A stretch of 64,000 nt of DNA, taken from NCBI GenBank assembly GCA_964016885.1, contig OZ024743.1, positions 283,464,001-283,528,000 on the forward strand, in the 5' to 3' direction. Positions 12,031 to 25,815 of this stretch are shown in pieces. The translations under genes were made by a program, and so were the position numbers. How positions within the stretch are numbered: position 1 is the stretch's first letter; every line of letters starts with the position of its first letter. Origin of the DNA: Eledone cirrhosa. Lineage: Eukaryota. The notes under the pieces were generated by a model, which was not told the DNA's origin, ran no database searches, and worked only from the letters and a program-made list of their open reading frames with translations.

Positions 12031-13019
12031 TAAACGGAATAGAAAATGCTGACAAATTGTTCACAGTTGAAAAATGGTTTAATTAGGAATAAAAGAGTAT
12101 TAGTGATTGTATGGGTTAGTATTCAGTTGTGGTTTTAAGTTTTTAAGTTTTTACCGGTTGCGCATTTCTAAATGCTTTTCAAAAATAATTTTGAGATAGA
12201 GTGTCCGTGTTGTTTGCTCTGATCTGATTAGTTTTGGGAATTCTACCTATTTTTATGTTAAAAAAGTGGCTCCAGCGTTACTTTGGTGTTGCAAAAATTC
12301 TTGTGGTCAAAACAATTTTGATTGGTCGGTAGAGGTCATGTGAATGTAAAAAATTGATTTTGCGCCAAGACTGTTTTTATGTTAAAAAAGTGGCTCCAGC
12401 GCTATTTGGTGTTTGCAAAAATTCTTGTGGTCAAAACAATTTTGATTGGTCGGTAGAGGCCATGTTAACCATTATCACAATCTCGAACACCTTACTACTA
12501 CTACACACACACACATACATACACATATTTGTTGTGAAAGAGTCATTTCTCAATCTTGGCGCAAAACCAATTTTTTATTCACATGACCTCTACCGACCAA
12601 TCAAAATTGTTTTGACCACAAGAATTTTTGCAAACACCAAATAGCGCTGGAGCCACTTTTTTAACATAAAAACAGTCTTGGCGCAAAATCAATTTTTTAC
12701 ATTCACATGACCTCTACCGACCAATCAAAATTGTTTTGACCACAAGAATTTTTGCAACACCAAAGTAACTCTGGAGCCACTTTTTTAACATAAAAACAGG
12801 TAGAATTCCCAAAACTAATCAGATCAGAGCAAACAACACGGACACACAATCTCAAAATTATTTTTGAAAAGCATTTAGAAATGCGCAACCGGTAAAAACT
12901 TAAAAATTTAAAACCACAACTGAATACTAACCCATACAATCACTAATACTCTTTTATTCCTAATTAAACCATTTTTCAACTGTGAACAATTTGTCAGCAT
13001 TTTCTATTCCGTTTACCAA
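12027..13019. mobile_element. ~1-kb palindromic element in (TA)n, probable inverted PLE pLTRs
   Basis: Arms ~12027-12464 and ~12580-13019 are near-perfect reverse complements; internal ~123-bp tandem unit; a third terminal copy at ~52712-52880; HHR-like motif in each copy. Confidence 0.8.
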
Positions 13020-13058
13020 TATATAATAACTTGTGTGTTACACCTCTATTCTTTTAAC

Positions 13059-13089
<31 letters not shown>

Positions 13090-14071
13090 GTGTGTGTGTG
13101 TGTGTGTGTATTTATAAATAAAATATCATTGTCAGAAGAAATAATAAAACACTGTTTATTTCATGAATATATAATAAAACCTTGTTTGTAATTTGAATTT
13201 AGTTCTTTCATTCATCAAAGGGACTTAATCAAGTTATAAAGTTGTCTGTATAGTACGCGTCTGTGTGTGAGTCTCTCTGTATGAGTGTCTCTGTACACAA
13301 CAAGCTTTTGCACAGGTTTCATCTACCAAAATTCACTCATACGGAGCAACTCTGTGAAATGAAACCAAAAACCATACAATTGCTAAGCAAACGTCTTAAC
13401 CACACAGCCATGCCGGTAGTTAATATGCATTGTTATAAACCTATCAAGACACAAATATCAGTCGGTCCTATTAATATATGATATTACAGAGAGCATCAAT
13501 TGGTCAAGAAAATTCTATTTACTACACTACTTACTTTAATGTGAGACCTCTTGTCAGTTCAATCAATATTTAGACATTGTTGGCGTGTTCCTTCCTTTTA
13601 TTCTAGTGTCAGTTGTCTTATGAGTGAGTCATGGTGTTGTTTAAAAACTGCTGGTAATGTGAGTGTTGCTTTTGATGTCAGTATATCCGCTATTATTTGA
13701 AAGAAGATGTCCTAGTTTTCAAATTTTATAGCATATGACTAAATCTAATTTATCTTCAAGATAAGTGCAAAGTACATTTAATTTAATTATCTTCTCAATA
13801 CTCTTTCATCAGTTTTATAATTAGCATTCATTTGGTTTTTGTAGTAGATTATATGTCCTTTGTCCATTTTGCCTTGGCTGGCTGACTGGCTGATCGTTTG
13901 ATGGGTAGAAGCACTATTTTCTTTCTGGTTGATAGATACTAGCTATGCTTAAATGGGGTTGATGATACCTTACTGAATGACTGAGGGAAGGTTTACGGAA
14001 CATACCTCATATATATGTATACATTATGCATATATATATATACACACACATATATACACACACATACACAT

Positions 14072-14148
<77 letters not shown>

Positions 14149-14297
14149 CATATATATATACATATATACATACACACCACACACACACATACACACACAC
14201 ATATATATATATGTAAAAGGAAAACAGAAAAAACAATACAATCGGTACATATGGAAGGAATATATTTGGTTAATGCTTGAAATAGTAGGAAGAGGGC

Positions 14298-14331
14298 CTT
14301 AACGTTTCGGACTCTAGTCCTTCATCAGAAG
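14298..14331 (-). ncRNA. Minimal type I hammerhead ribozyme (PLE-type)
   Basis: Minus strand CTT-CTGATGA-A-GGAC taga GTCC-GAA-ACGT-T-AAG: canonical core, 4-bp stem II, palindromic ACGT stem III. Confidence 0.7.
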
Positions 14332-14450
14332 AAAGAATGAGAAATGAGAAAGATTTAAGGGACGGGCAGGGTGGAATCGGAAAAAATGTTTTTAGAGAAA
14401 AATAACACGTCCATTCATGTTGCCATCTCTTGGAAAATCCCATGCTCTTC

Positions 14451-15170
14451 AACTCTCTCCACTGATTTGCAAAACAATTCTACCCAAAGCTGTCTGGATG
14501 TTGATAGTTATAATCGTTTTGTAAATCTTCATTTATTCTTTTAATTGAGTCTTGTGAACCGTATTATCTTTAGTCAGTATTCGCTTCACCCTGGCAGTTT
14601 TTGTCCCTTGTGATTTGAACACAATATATGTATATATTTGTGTTTGTCTCTCTTTATAGTATTATTAGGCTCAGAAAATGTTCTCGTTGAGCTACTTTGA
14701 TTATAAGGGACTAATTTGAGTTTTTAACCCAATATATACTTTTGATAAATTGAGCTCCTACACTTGTTGAGCTTTTAATATGTTGAATGGACATGGCTGC
14801 TATTTTTTAATAGCTTATGCTCTATTCAACTCGCTAGGCATGCGATATCATGTGTAATTTCTCTCTCTTAACAAATGCACATTATCTAGTCTTCTAAGGA
14901 ATTTAGTAGTGGAGTGATTATTGATCTGAACATCCACTGAAGAGCATGATATCTTTAACTCTCTCCACTGATTTGCGAAATAGTTCTACCCAAAGCTGTC
15001 TGGATGTTGATAGTTATCATAAGCGGTTTGTAAATCTTAATTTACCCTTTTAATTGAGTCTTGTGAACTGTATTATCTTTAGTCAGTATTCACTTCACCC
15101 TGGTGGTTTTTGTCCCTTGTGATTTGAACGCATATATGTATATATCTGTGTTCGTCTCTCTTTATGATAT
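14451..15170 (+). mobile_element. Direct repeats of ~210 bp, ~506 bp apart; PLE pLTR-like
   Basis: aactctctccactgatttgc...gtctctctttat at ~14451-14660 and ~14957-15168; the second copy completes a hammerhead. Confidence 0.75.
14929..15008 (+). ncRNA. Type I hammerhead ribozyme
   Basis: Stem I AACATCCA/TGGATGTT (8 bp), CTGAAGA, stem II GCA/TGC with a large loop, GAAA, stem III ATAG/CTGT, GTC cleavage triplet ending at 15000. Confidence 0.7.
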
Positions 15171-15198
15171 TATATATATATATATGTGTATATATATA

Positions 15199-16957
15199 TA
15201 TTCAAGAGACCAGGTGGAGGGGTGCGTCTGCTAGATTTATTGTGGGTAAAAAACGATGCTATAAGCTTTTCTGGGTGGGAAATGACAATGGGCTGGGTGG
15301 AGTAGGAATCATGCTAGCAGAAAAATGGGTAGATAAGATAATAGACATAAATAGAGTGAACGACAGAATAATTAAAATAAGAGTTGTCCTCAATAGAACT
15401 ACTGTGACAATAATATCTGCATATGCACCCCAATCTGGACTACCTGGCGATATAAAAGACAGATTCTATGAGTTGTTAATACTCACTACCTCCCAAATAA
15501 CCGACAGTGACTATATAATTATTGCTGGCAACCTAAATGGTCACATTGGACAACACTGTGACGGCTATGACGGAATCCATGGAGGCTATGGGTTTGGTAC
15601 TAGAAATGAGGAAGGCGCCAGAGTCCTGGAATTCTGTGATGCAAATAATCCAACTATCTGTAACACAAACTTCAAAAAATGAGACAATCACTTGATCACC
15701 TATAGATCAGGGGAACACTCCAGTCAGATAGATTATATCCTTACCAGAAGACGTGACAGAGTGTCTGTTGTAAACACTAAATCCCTCCTCCATGAAGAAT
15801 GCACCTCCCAACATAGCCTCATAGTTAGCGACCTCATAGTCAGGACAAGATGTACTCAACAACAGAGGAGGACTATCCTTAGGAGAAAAATATGGAAGTT
15901 AAAGGACCCCACAGCCAGTAATAAATTTAAAAGCATATTACTTGATGCTTTTGACAGTAAGGAAGAGCAATTAGAGTCGTACAATATAGAGGAACAGTGG
16001 GAATTTCTGAAACCTAACCTGCTGAAGATGACAGATGAAATCTATGGCTGGAGCAGACCTATAGGCAGGAGGAGAGTAACTTGGTGGTGGAACAGTAAGG
16101 TGGAGGGGTCAATCAAGGCCAAAAAGCAGGCTTGGAAAGTATGGCAGGATGGGGGAAGTAGAGAAGACTATCAAGTGGCCAGGAGGGAAGCTAGGAGACA
16201 AGTGTACCGTGCAAGAAGGGAAGCATGCATGCTCCATTAGATGTGTAATAGTAATATACGCAAACGGCAAAACATAAATGAACTAAGTGAGAAATTAGGA
16301 ATAAGAGGGATCAGATGCTGTTTACTTGAGAGAAGACTACGTTGGTATGGTCACGTGATGCGCATGAAAGACGACAGCTGTATAAAAAAGTGCGGGGTGA
16401 TCAAAATTGATGGAAGTTACGGCATAGGTAGACCCAGAAAAACCTGGGACGATTTAATAAATTCTGATCTTACACACTTGCACCTCTCTAAGACAATGTC
16501 ACTGGACTAAGATCTTTGGCACCATGCAGTAATACAGAAGACCCGCCTTGCCTATGTACAAAGCAAAACCTACAGTCAGTAGGCACCTCTTAACCAAATA
16601 TACACCCCAACCCACTACCCCTACTCCATCCTCCCATTCCCACCTACACCACCCTTTCTCTGTAAAGTTATGTTGGTACCACAACATCCAGTCTAAACTA
16701 ATGAGGTTGTGTAGGTGTCACGACAAAAAAAACACACAGTCCATGCTGTAATGTGGCCATGTAGATGATACAGAAAAAAAGCTCCCAGTCCACACTGTAA
16801 ATGTGGTTAGTGTTAGGAAGGGCATCCAGCTGTAGAAAACCTATATGAGCGAGACACGGTCACCCGACCAATCTTGCCTGAAGTTGGACAATTCCCGTCT
16901 AACCCATGCTAGCGTGGAAGATAGATCTTAAACGATGATGATGATGATGATGACGAT
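15199..16957 (+). mobile_element. RTE LINE, 5'-truncated and internally deleted (RT lost)
   Basis: APE motifs IQETRW, SAYAPQ, SQIDYIL; joins directly to the C-terminal ACML...RWYGHV region; stop codons; (GAT)n tail. Confidence 0.92.
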
Positions 16958-19454
16958 ATATATATATATATATATATATGAATGTAAGGAATGCATGCAA
17001 GTATTGTATATTCTGAATAATAGTTGTTAAATTATATCCTTGAAAAAAAACCATATAATTCCAAATACCTTACCAAAAGCAAGATGAAAAGATTTTCTAA
17101 AAAGCAACCTACACAAATGATGATGAATAATAAAGTTTTTTCTACAAAAGATTATGGGCTGTAACAAACCCCTATTTATGAATTTTGACAAATAACAATT
17201 CTATTCTTATGAATAATGAGCACTCATCTATTGTCTCCATATTTTTGTCACTGATTTCAAAACCCCATGAAGGAAACAGCATTCTTTCCTCAGTGTAAAT
17301 ATGTTCCAATTCCTGAATGATTATTTATTATTATTATTAATTATTATTATTATTGTCATTGTTGTTTTTTGTTTAAAATTCTAACATTTTCTTTTGTAAA
17401 ATAAATTCTTTTGTCATATCTACAAAAATTTTACTTTATTAATGACATGACACTACAACTGTGAATGCCTCAACTGACAGAATCCTAACAATTCCTTTCA
17501 CACACCATTTCAGAACCAACAAAAATTCTCATTAAATTATAATATTGTACTCCTACTCTCAAATAATTAAAAATATTAAAGTATTTCTCGAACATTGTGG
17601 CTCATCAGGCTGGAATTTATCCTGGTTTCATATAAATGCTTTATTATTTTTTTTTTATCACATTGCACATGGAGGGAGGAAGGATGGCACCCCCAAATTG
17701 GAGACCTGTTAGGTGACTAAGAGTACAACACTCTTCCTTGGATGGGATGCCAGTCCATCATAAAGTTAACACCCAACTGCTGCTGTTGATCCTGCTGCAG
17801 CTACCACTGCTGGTACTTATTTTTTTCAGCTAAGTGAACTGGAGTGATGTGAAATTAAGTGCCATGCTGTATTCATAAGTTTTAAAGCAATTCTATGCCT
17901 GTCCTTAAAACTCCTTAAACTCTCTCTAACATTGATTTGCTCAAACTTCTACAAAATGATTTTTTTTTAAATCCTCTATAAACACTTCTTTAGTCAACCA
18001 GAATCTGTTGCTAACCTTTGTGACGATCCATAGAGATTCTCAGATACATGGTTTACATGAGTTCAAATCTCGACATGCCCTATTTCGGTGGTGCACTTAA
18101 CCATTTACCCAATTTAACACTCCGCATGACCTTTGGTTACCTTTAGTAGAGTTTCGTCAGTTGTAAGCTACTAAGCAAAGTCTCCAATTTGGGAGCACCT
18201 TCCTCCCTCCAACCAGTTTTGGGACTGTGATAAAATATAGTTTATATGAAGCATTGTGAGATATGAGGTTAAGATTGTTTTTGGATAAGCTGCTACAATA
18301 CAAATAGGAAATAGGAAATACAAGAGTTGAAACTAAATGAGAGTAATGTAAGAAAACAATAATTTTAACTTTTACCTTATATTTCATATTTTGAGGTTTG
18401 AATATCTTTTTCAAAAGGAAAGAATTAGAATGTGGTGTTCATGGCAAGCAGTGCATATAAGGTAAAATGTTAAACTATTGTTTACTTTGTTTTCTTTCCC
18501 CTAGTTTTCTTACTTATTCTCGTTTTCTAGTTTTACTTGCTCTAGTTTTCACTGTTGTATTTCTAATCTGTTGTACCAGATTTCCCAAAACAATCTTAAT
18601 TACAAAAAAAAAAATCTTGCCCACCTCACTAGAAATATCAGCCCATCATACTTTTCTTTCCTCCATCAGCCATGACTGATAAATATGTGATTTTTTTTTA
18701 TGTGATTTTAAATATGTGATTTTTTTTTTTTAATCACAATTAGAAACCATTTATTTGATTTGGGGATATCTTTTCAGAAAATGCTCAATGTGTAATTCTA
18801 TGGGAGTGCTACACTGGAATTTGAAAATCACCAACAATAAACTGACAGACAGACAGACATGCCATCACTAATACGGCATCAGTAACAGCAGCAGCAGCAG
18901 CAACAACAACAACAACTACACTAACAACAGCAGACACTTCAAACAGAACATGAACTAACTATACAGACACAACATACTGTATAAGCACTACACTTTCACC
19001 TTGGAATACCAAATAAGACACACACATTCCCACACACACACAGATCCACACACACATACACATACATCCTCCATGCACACACATACATGTATATTCACAC
19101 ATACACAAACACACACATTCCCACCCCCATGCAAACACGCATATATTCACACATAAATACATACACATAAACACATACATACAATGACATACACATACAC
19201 ACACACTTGCTTCATTAGTAACCACAAAGTGACAGCTCCTGTGACCTAGTTGTCACCTAGCTTGTGTTGCAGGACATACCCTGCACTACAAACACACAAT
19301 CTTCAACTGCAGAATTTCCTGGCATCTAACTGACATCTTAAATTCTAACACTTCCGGCAGCCAGCCATGGTTATTGGCAGTTTTTGCGTCCCAAATTTCA
19401 GTTATTTGTTCTCACTAAAGTAATTGTTGTTGTTTATTGGTTAGTTGATTAGTT

Positions 19455-19711
19455 GGCACATGGCTTAGTGGTTAGAGCATTGACCTTGCAATCGAAAGGT
19501 TGTCAGTTCAATTCTCAGACCGGGTGATGTGTTGTTTCCTTGAGCAAGACACTTTTGCCATGGCAAAAAAAAAAGTACCCAGCACTCACTGTAAATGAGG
19601 TTGGTGTTAGGAAGGGCATCCAGCTGTAGAAATCAAGCCAGAATCAGTTCCCATCCCACCCTTGCAAGCAGGGAAAAGTGGACGTAAAATGATGATGATG
19701 ATGATGATGAT
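19455..19711 (+). mobile_element. CORE-like SINE family B with RTE-derived tail, internally deleted
   Basis: A box tggcttagtgg, B box gttcaattc, ccttgagcaagacact, RTE 3' stem-loop and (GAT)n. Confidence 0.85.
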
Positions 19712-20107
19712 GGTTGGTTGGTTGGTTTGCTTATGGGAATATGTATAAACTCATGCTAGCATGGTAAAACATGTAAAATAATGCTGATATATATATATAT
19801 CATCCACATCATCATCATCATCTCCGTTTAATGTCCATCTTCCATGGTAGCATGAGTTAGACATGTTTGTCCCATTTAGAGGCAAGTTATGTCGGGTGAC
19901 CATGTCTCATTCATATAAAACTGTTTCTGGTTGGTTTTCTGCGACTGGATGCCCTTCCTAGTGCCAACCACATTTACAGTGTGTGCTGGGTGCTTTTTGT
20001 TGTGACACCTACATGACCACTTTACTGATATATATATGTATAGTTATTCATATGTATTGTGTATATATATATGTATATATATACATACCTACATATATAT
20101 ATATATA

Positions 20108-20451
20108 TCATCATCATCATCGTTTAACGTCCATCTTCCCCGCTAGCATGGGTCTGGACGGGAATTCTCTCACTGAGGCAAGATTGGTTGTCTTGCTCGC
20201 ATAGGACTGTCTGGCGGGTTTTCTACGGCTGGATGCCGTTCCTAACACCAACCACATTTACAGTGTGGACTGGAAGGTTTTTACCGTGTTACCTACACAG
20301 CCACATTACAGCGTGGACTGTGTGTTTTTTGTTGTGACACCTACACGACCTCATTTATTTAGGACTGGATGTTGTGGTACCAACATAACTTTACATAGAA
20401 AGGGGTGGTGTGGATGGGGTGGGGAGTAGTGGGACAGGGGTGTATTTTTGG

Positions 20452-20452
<1 letters not shown>
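20108..20452 (-). mobile_element. RTE 3' UTR fragment
   Basis: Antisense match to ~29905-30270. Confidence 0.85.
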
Positions 20453-20489
<37 letters not shown>

Positions 20490-20494
<5 letters not shown>

Positions 20495-21416
20495 AAATGT
20501 GTGAGATCCTTGGTACAGTTAGGTATATTTGAAAAAAAGGAAAAGAATTACTTCACTTTCAGTGTTAAAAAATTTATGATTTAATGTTATAATATATTAT
20601 ATTATTATGAGTTGGTAGATCCAGTAAGTTCTTTGTTAACTTCGGTGGGAAGAATTTTAGAGATTCCTGGTTAACTTGGGTTGGAGAACTTTCTCGCATT
20701 CGTCTGTCTGTGGCGATTGTCAAACTGAGATCAGGTTGTGTTGAAATGTGTGACTATATATGAGAGAGATTTGGATGTGAAGGTCCAGAGGAATTAAAGT
20801 ATACACACACACCACACACACGTACACACACACACATACACATATATATACACTCAGAAAATGGTGAGGTTGTAAGATAAGGGTGTTTGAGAAGGTGGTC
20901 GTAAACCTACTCTCCTGCTGGTTTTATTTCATTAGCTGACCTTTGATGAGTTTATAATGGCATAGCTGAATCAACTCTTCCAACTCCATAAAGAATATCT
21001 TCTACAAATTTCTGTATCAAAGATGAATATAGGTGCTTGTCTGGGTTTTAATGAGGTGTAAGATACATGTCTTTTTATAAGAATGGGATGTGTGTGTGTG
21101 TATGTATGTATACTTTAATTCCTCTGGGCCTTCATCATCATTAACACCACATGCCACACCCCAGACACATCCAAATCTCTCTCATATATAGTCACACATT
21201 TCAACACAACCTGATCTCAGTTTGACAATCGCCACAGACAGACGAATGCGAGAAAGTTCTCCAACCCAAGTTAACCAGGAATCTCTAAATTTCTTCCCAC
21301 CGAAGTTAACAAAGAACTTACTGGATCTACCAACTCATAATATTGTAATATTATATTATAACATTAAATCATAAATTTATTAACACTACAAGTGAAGTCA
21401 TTCTTTTCCTTTTTTT

Positions 21417-21422
<6 letters not shown>
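20490..21422. mobile_element. ~0.9-kb palindromic element in (TA)n, probable inverted PLE pLTRs
   Basis: Arms ~20524-20779 and ~21166-21422, plus inner arms ~20778-20810 and ~21090-21134; (TA)n flanks; HHR-like motif in both arms. Confidence 0.8.
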
Positions 21423-21480
<58 letters not shown>

Positions 21481-21500
21481 CGTGTGTATATATATATATG

Positions 21501-21941
21501 TACATGGTAGTGGGACATGGGCAGCAACTGCAGAAGATATGCGACGGCTGGAGAGAAATGAAGCAAGTATGCACTGTTGGATGTGCAATGTCAATGTGTG
21601 TGAACGACCAAGCATAGACTAGTTGAGAAAGAAACTGTATAAGAGGGATAAGTTGTGGTGTGCAGGAGAGAAGGCTGAGATGGTATGGACATGTGATGCG
21701 CATGGAGGATGACCGATGAGTGAAGAAGTGCCAGGAAGTCCCAGTGGAGGGAAGACGCAGTAGAGGTAGACCACGAAAAACATGGGCAGGGGTGGTGAGA
21801 GCAGACCTCAGATCGCTGAAACTCATCGAGGAGATGACGAAGGACCATGACAAGTGGAGAGATGCTGTACTGAATAGGACCCATCCAACCCTTGCAAGCA
21901 GGGAAAAGCGGACGTAAAATGATGATGATGATGATGATGAT
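21501..21941 (+). mobile_element. RTE LINE 3' fragment (second subfamily)
   Basis: HGSGTW..EDMRRLERNEASM...GRPRKTW, stem-loop cccttgcaagcaggg, (GAT)n. Confidence 0.9.
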
Positions 21942-22327
21942 GTCTATAGATTGAGAAAATGCCAGTGACCAGATCATAGATGTGCAGCAACTTTTTTTGA
22001 TATATACGATATTAATACAAAATAAAAGTTACTATATATATATATAGTAACTTACATACATACATATATATATCGTCACTTATATATATATATATATACT
22101 CATACATGTGTTTTAAATAGCTATCATGACTTCCATGATATAATTGTTTCAGTTTCAACACAATCTCGGTCAAGTCACCTGCCAGACAAGAAATGTTGAA
22201 ATGTGTGTGAATGTATGTATGCGTGTATGTGTGTGAAATAATGTTTTTAACATATGCACAAATATATTTTTAAATAAACATAAAATATTAACTAGGAATG
22301 AACACAATATATGTAGTAGAGTTACAA

Positions 22328-22362
<35 letters not shown>

Positions 22363-22372
22363 CTGTGTATAT

Positions 22373-22405
<33 letters not shown>

Positions 22406-22464
22406 CATAAATATACATATATATGTATATATGTATATGTATATAAATATATATATATATATAT

Positions 22465-23781
22465 AACTCCAGCTGCTGTGATCAACTTATCGAGTTTCTT
22501 GAAGACATCACCCGGATCACTGATGGCGGCTCATGGGTGGATGTTGTTTACCTTGACTTTGCTAAAGCTTTCAATTCTGTGCCACACAAAAGACTTATGG
22601 CAAAACTCTCTGCAATGGGTGTGAAGGATGATCTTTTTAACTGGTTGAAGTCCTTCATTCTCAGTCGAAGAGAGGTAGTCACAGTTCTAGGACAGCATTC
22701 CTCACCATATGAGATGTCATCAGGTGTACCACAGGGATCTGTTCTTGGCCCCTTTTCTTTGTGGCATATATTAATGACATAGATACCAACTTAGAGAATG
22801 CCACAGTACTGAAATATACAGATGACATCAAGCTGTACCTTGAGATAAAAAGGATAGATCCTGAACACTATAGATCTTGCCTGCAATCTGACCTGGACAC
22901 AATGCAACAATGGATCACGGACTGGCAACTCAAGCTGGCTGTGGACAAGTGTACCACCATTCATTTTGGGAGTAAAACCCCAGCATCCACATACTCCCTC
23001 CACAACACTAATATCAAGAAGTCTTCTTGTGAACGTGACCTGGGCATTACGGTCAGCAGCGATTTGCGTTGGACGAAGCACGTCTCTAAAATTGTCAAGA
23101 AGGCCGAGGGTGTCTTGTCATCACTCAGCAAGACCTTTGTTAGCCGTTCTCTAGCCATCTATTTAAAGCTGTATACAGCTTGGTATGACCGCACTTGGAA
23201 TTCGCATCATCAGTCTGCAACACCTATCTTGCTCAGAACATTGACCTCCTGGAAACTGTTCAGAGACGTGCAGCCAAGCAAATACCCTCCATCAGGCATC
23301 TACCATACTCTGAATGCCTTGCTTCTCTGAGCATGGATACATTGAAGCTTCGACGTCTGGCAACTGACTTGGTAAACACCCACAAAATTATTAACCATCT
23401 TGCCAACAACAACCCTGAGTACCTTTTTGATTTCCATGTTTCTAACACACGTGGGCATGCCCACAAAGTCAGAAAACAGCACAGCTCCCATGACTTTCGG
23501 AAACATTTTTCTACGCTCAGAGTTGCTGAAGCTTGGAACAAACTACCTGCATCAGTTGTTAGCTGTCGAGACACTGCATCCTTTAAAACCTCCATGCTTC
23601 CTGAGATTCGTCAACACTACACCTAATATTCCCCCTCCATACACACGCACACATGTATACCATGACTCATACACTATTCCCTTCCCTGACATTTGTATAT
23701 TATTCTATGTACTATACATGCACCTTTGATGAGTTGTAGTGCACCTGAGCACTGTACATAATAATTTCATTTTTATTATTA
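22465..23781 (+). mobile_element. CR1-clade LINE, 5'-truncated and frameshifted RT
   Basis: VYLDFAKAFNSVPH, SGVPQGSVLGP, YINDI, YTDDIKL, ERDLG, LETVQRRA, TRGH..K, WNKLP; (ATT)n tail. Confidence 0.92.
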
Positions 23782-23829
23782 TTATATATATATATATATA
23801 TGTATATCATAATATGACAGTGTGTGTAT

Positions 23830-24110
23830 CAGCATCATCATCATTGCATTCCTCCACCTATTATGTTTCTTCATCATCTCCTGTGAGGTTCAGTGATTCA
23901 AAATCAGCTCTCATAAACTCTGCCCAAGTCTTTCTTCATTTTCCTCTACTGCAGCTTCCTTCCATTGGGATTTCTTGGCACTTCTTCACCCAGCAATCAT
24001 TATCCATACATATCACATGTCCATACCAGCATAGTCTTGCACACTACATCTGATTCCTCTTGTACCTAGTTTTTCCCTCTCAGCTTATCCATGCTTTGTC
24101 ATTCGTGTAC
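23830..24110 (-). mobile_element. RTE 3' fragment, degenerate
   Basis: Antisense similarity to 21600-21860. Confidence 0.75.
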
Positions 24111-25224
24111 ATTAATAATTAGAGTTGAAATTAATGCATGCAAGATTTTACAGGACTAGCATCACTCCTTCAAAGTCAGCCTCTGAACATTTCAGCCAAC
24201 CCTGATTTGGGATAAACTTAAGATAGCTATAGCTATTGTTCTAATTCCAAATAGTAATCGTACATACTACATAAAAGGATCAAACCTCTAACCTTATGAT
24301 TGCAAAGTGAACTCCTTAACCATTTAGTTATGCTATATTAACAAAAGAAACAATAAACATACATCAACCTTACACTAATCTCAAATAAATGTTGTATATT
24401 TGTAAGATAGTAGTAAATGTCTATACAAATATATAATTTTGGTTGTGTAATCTATAATCAGAAGATCAAGCAGCAGCACTACACAAAGAAATCTGTTAGA
24501 ATGAAATAATGTTATTTAATTAATAGACCAAGTTAAACAGTGATACAACAAAACACAAATAATTTCATACAATAGATGAAACAAACACAACATCCAATAT
24601 AGACAAGTAAGTCACACTTAAAGTATATTATATATACCAAATGTCTCCTGGCTTTAGAATACATATGTTATTAATAACTCTCATTAGACAGCACATAATA
24701 TACACAACACCTAATCATAAACTAACACCAATAGTTATATTACTGGAACATGCAAATTGAAAATTCTTCTCGTCGACGCCAAATCACATGCCTGAAATCC
24801 TAGAATAAATTTCAGTTATAAATTCAACTATAAATATTAAAGTTGGAAAATTTAAGATTCTCTGCTACATTGAATATACGAAAATAACATTTTTTTTTAG
24901 TCATCTGTCTATATTCATTTATCATAATATATTGCAATACACTGCGTTATATATCATGTAGTAACTAAATTTCCCCTAAACCATATAAAAAGATGATATC
25001 TAATACTACATTTGACAATATAGTATTAGATACATGAGGATGCAGCATGGCCAAATGGTTAAGAAGTTTGCTCCATAATCATAAGGTCCCCAGTTCAATC
25101 CCACTATTTGGTATCATGGGTATGTGTCTTTCATCACAGTCTCAGGCCTTGTGAATGAAACTGAGTAAAAAGAAACTATTTAGAAGCCCATCAGATGAAC
25201 TGTATCTGTAATTCAGCTGTGTTA

Positions 25225-25422
25225 CGAGAGTCAGCTGAAAAGATCATAGGCTGACCAAGAAACTCTCATGGAATGATCAAAGGATGTTTATTTTTCAACA
25301 TAGTCCCTAGAAGGAAACAATGCAGTTATTAATGAGAAGGGTTGAAATTAATGCATACAAGATTTCACAGCTCTTGCATCACTCCTTCATAGACAGCCTA
25401 TGAACTTTTCAGCCAACCCTCG
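25225..25422. mobile_element. mariner-like MITE inserted in a SINE
   Basis: ta|cgagagtcagctgaaaagatcataggctg ... cagcctatgaacttttcagccaaccctcg; a related right end at ~24120-24203. Confidence 0.6.
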
Positions 25423-25624
25423 CACACAGTGTGCCATGCTAAATCTCACTGCTATTGTATTAAGGGTGCATGTGCCTGTGGAATTCTCAGCCAGTTGCAG
25501 GTTAATTTCACAAGCAGGCTGTTCCATTCTTAAAATCAACAGAAATCTATTCCAATATTCGACTCTACATAACAGTATTGAGTACTTTCTTTGTTTAACT
25601 GTATTTCACATTATTGGGAAACCA

Positions 25625-25815
25625 CCGTCCATTGACAGTATCGGTAGAGAGTCGGACGCCATGCTTTGAAGCATAGAGTTACGTCCCTTCATGATCTGAG
25701 TTCAAATCCCGCCAAGGTTAACTTTGCCTTTCATCCTTATGGGGTCGATAAAATAAAGTACCAGTAATACCCTGGGATAATTGCTGGCCTTGTGCCAAAA
25801 GTAGAAACAATTATT
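25625..25815 (+). mobile_element. SINE family A
   Basis: Same A/B boxes and central domain as other copies. Confidence 0.85.
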
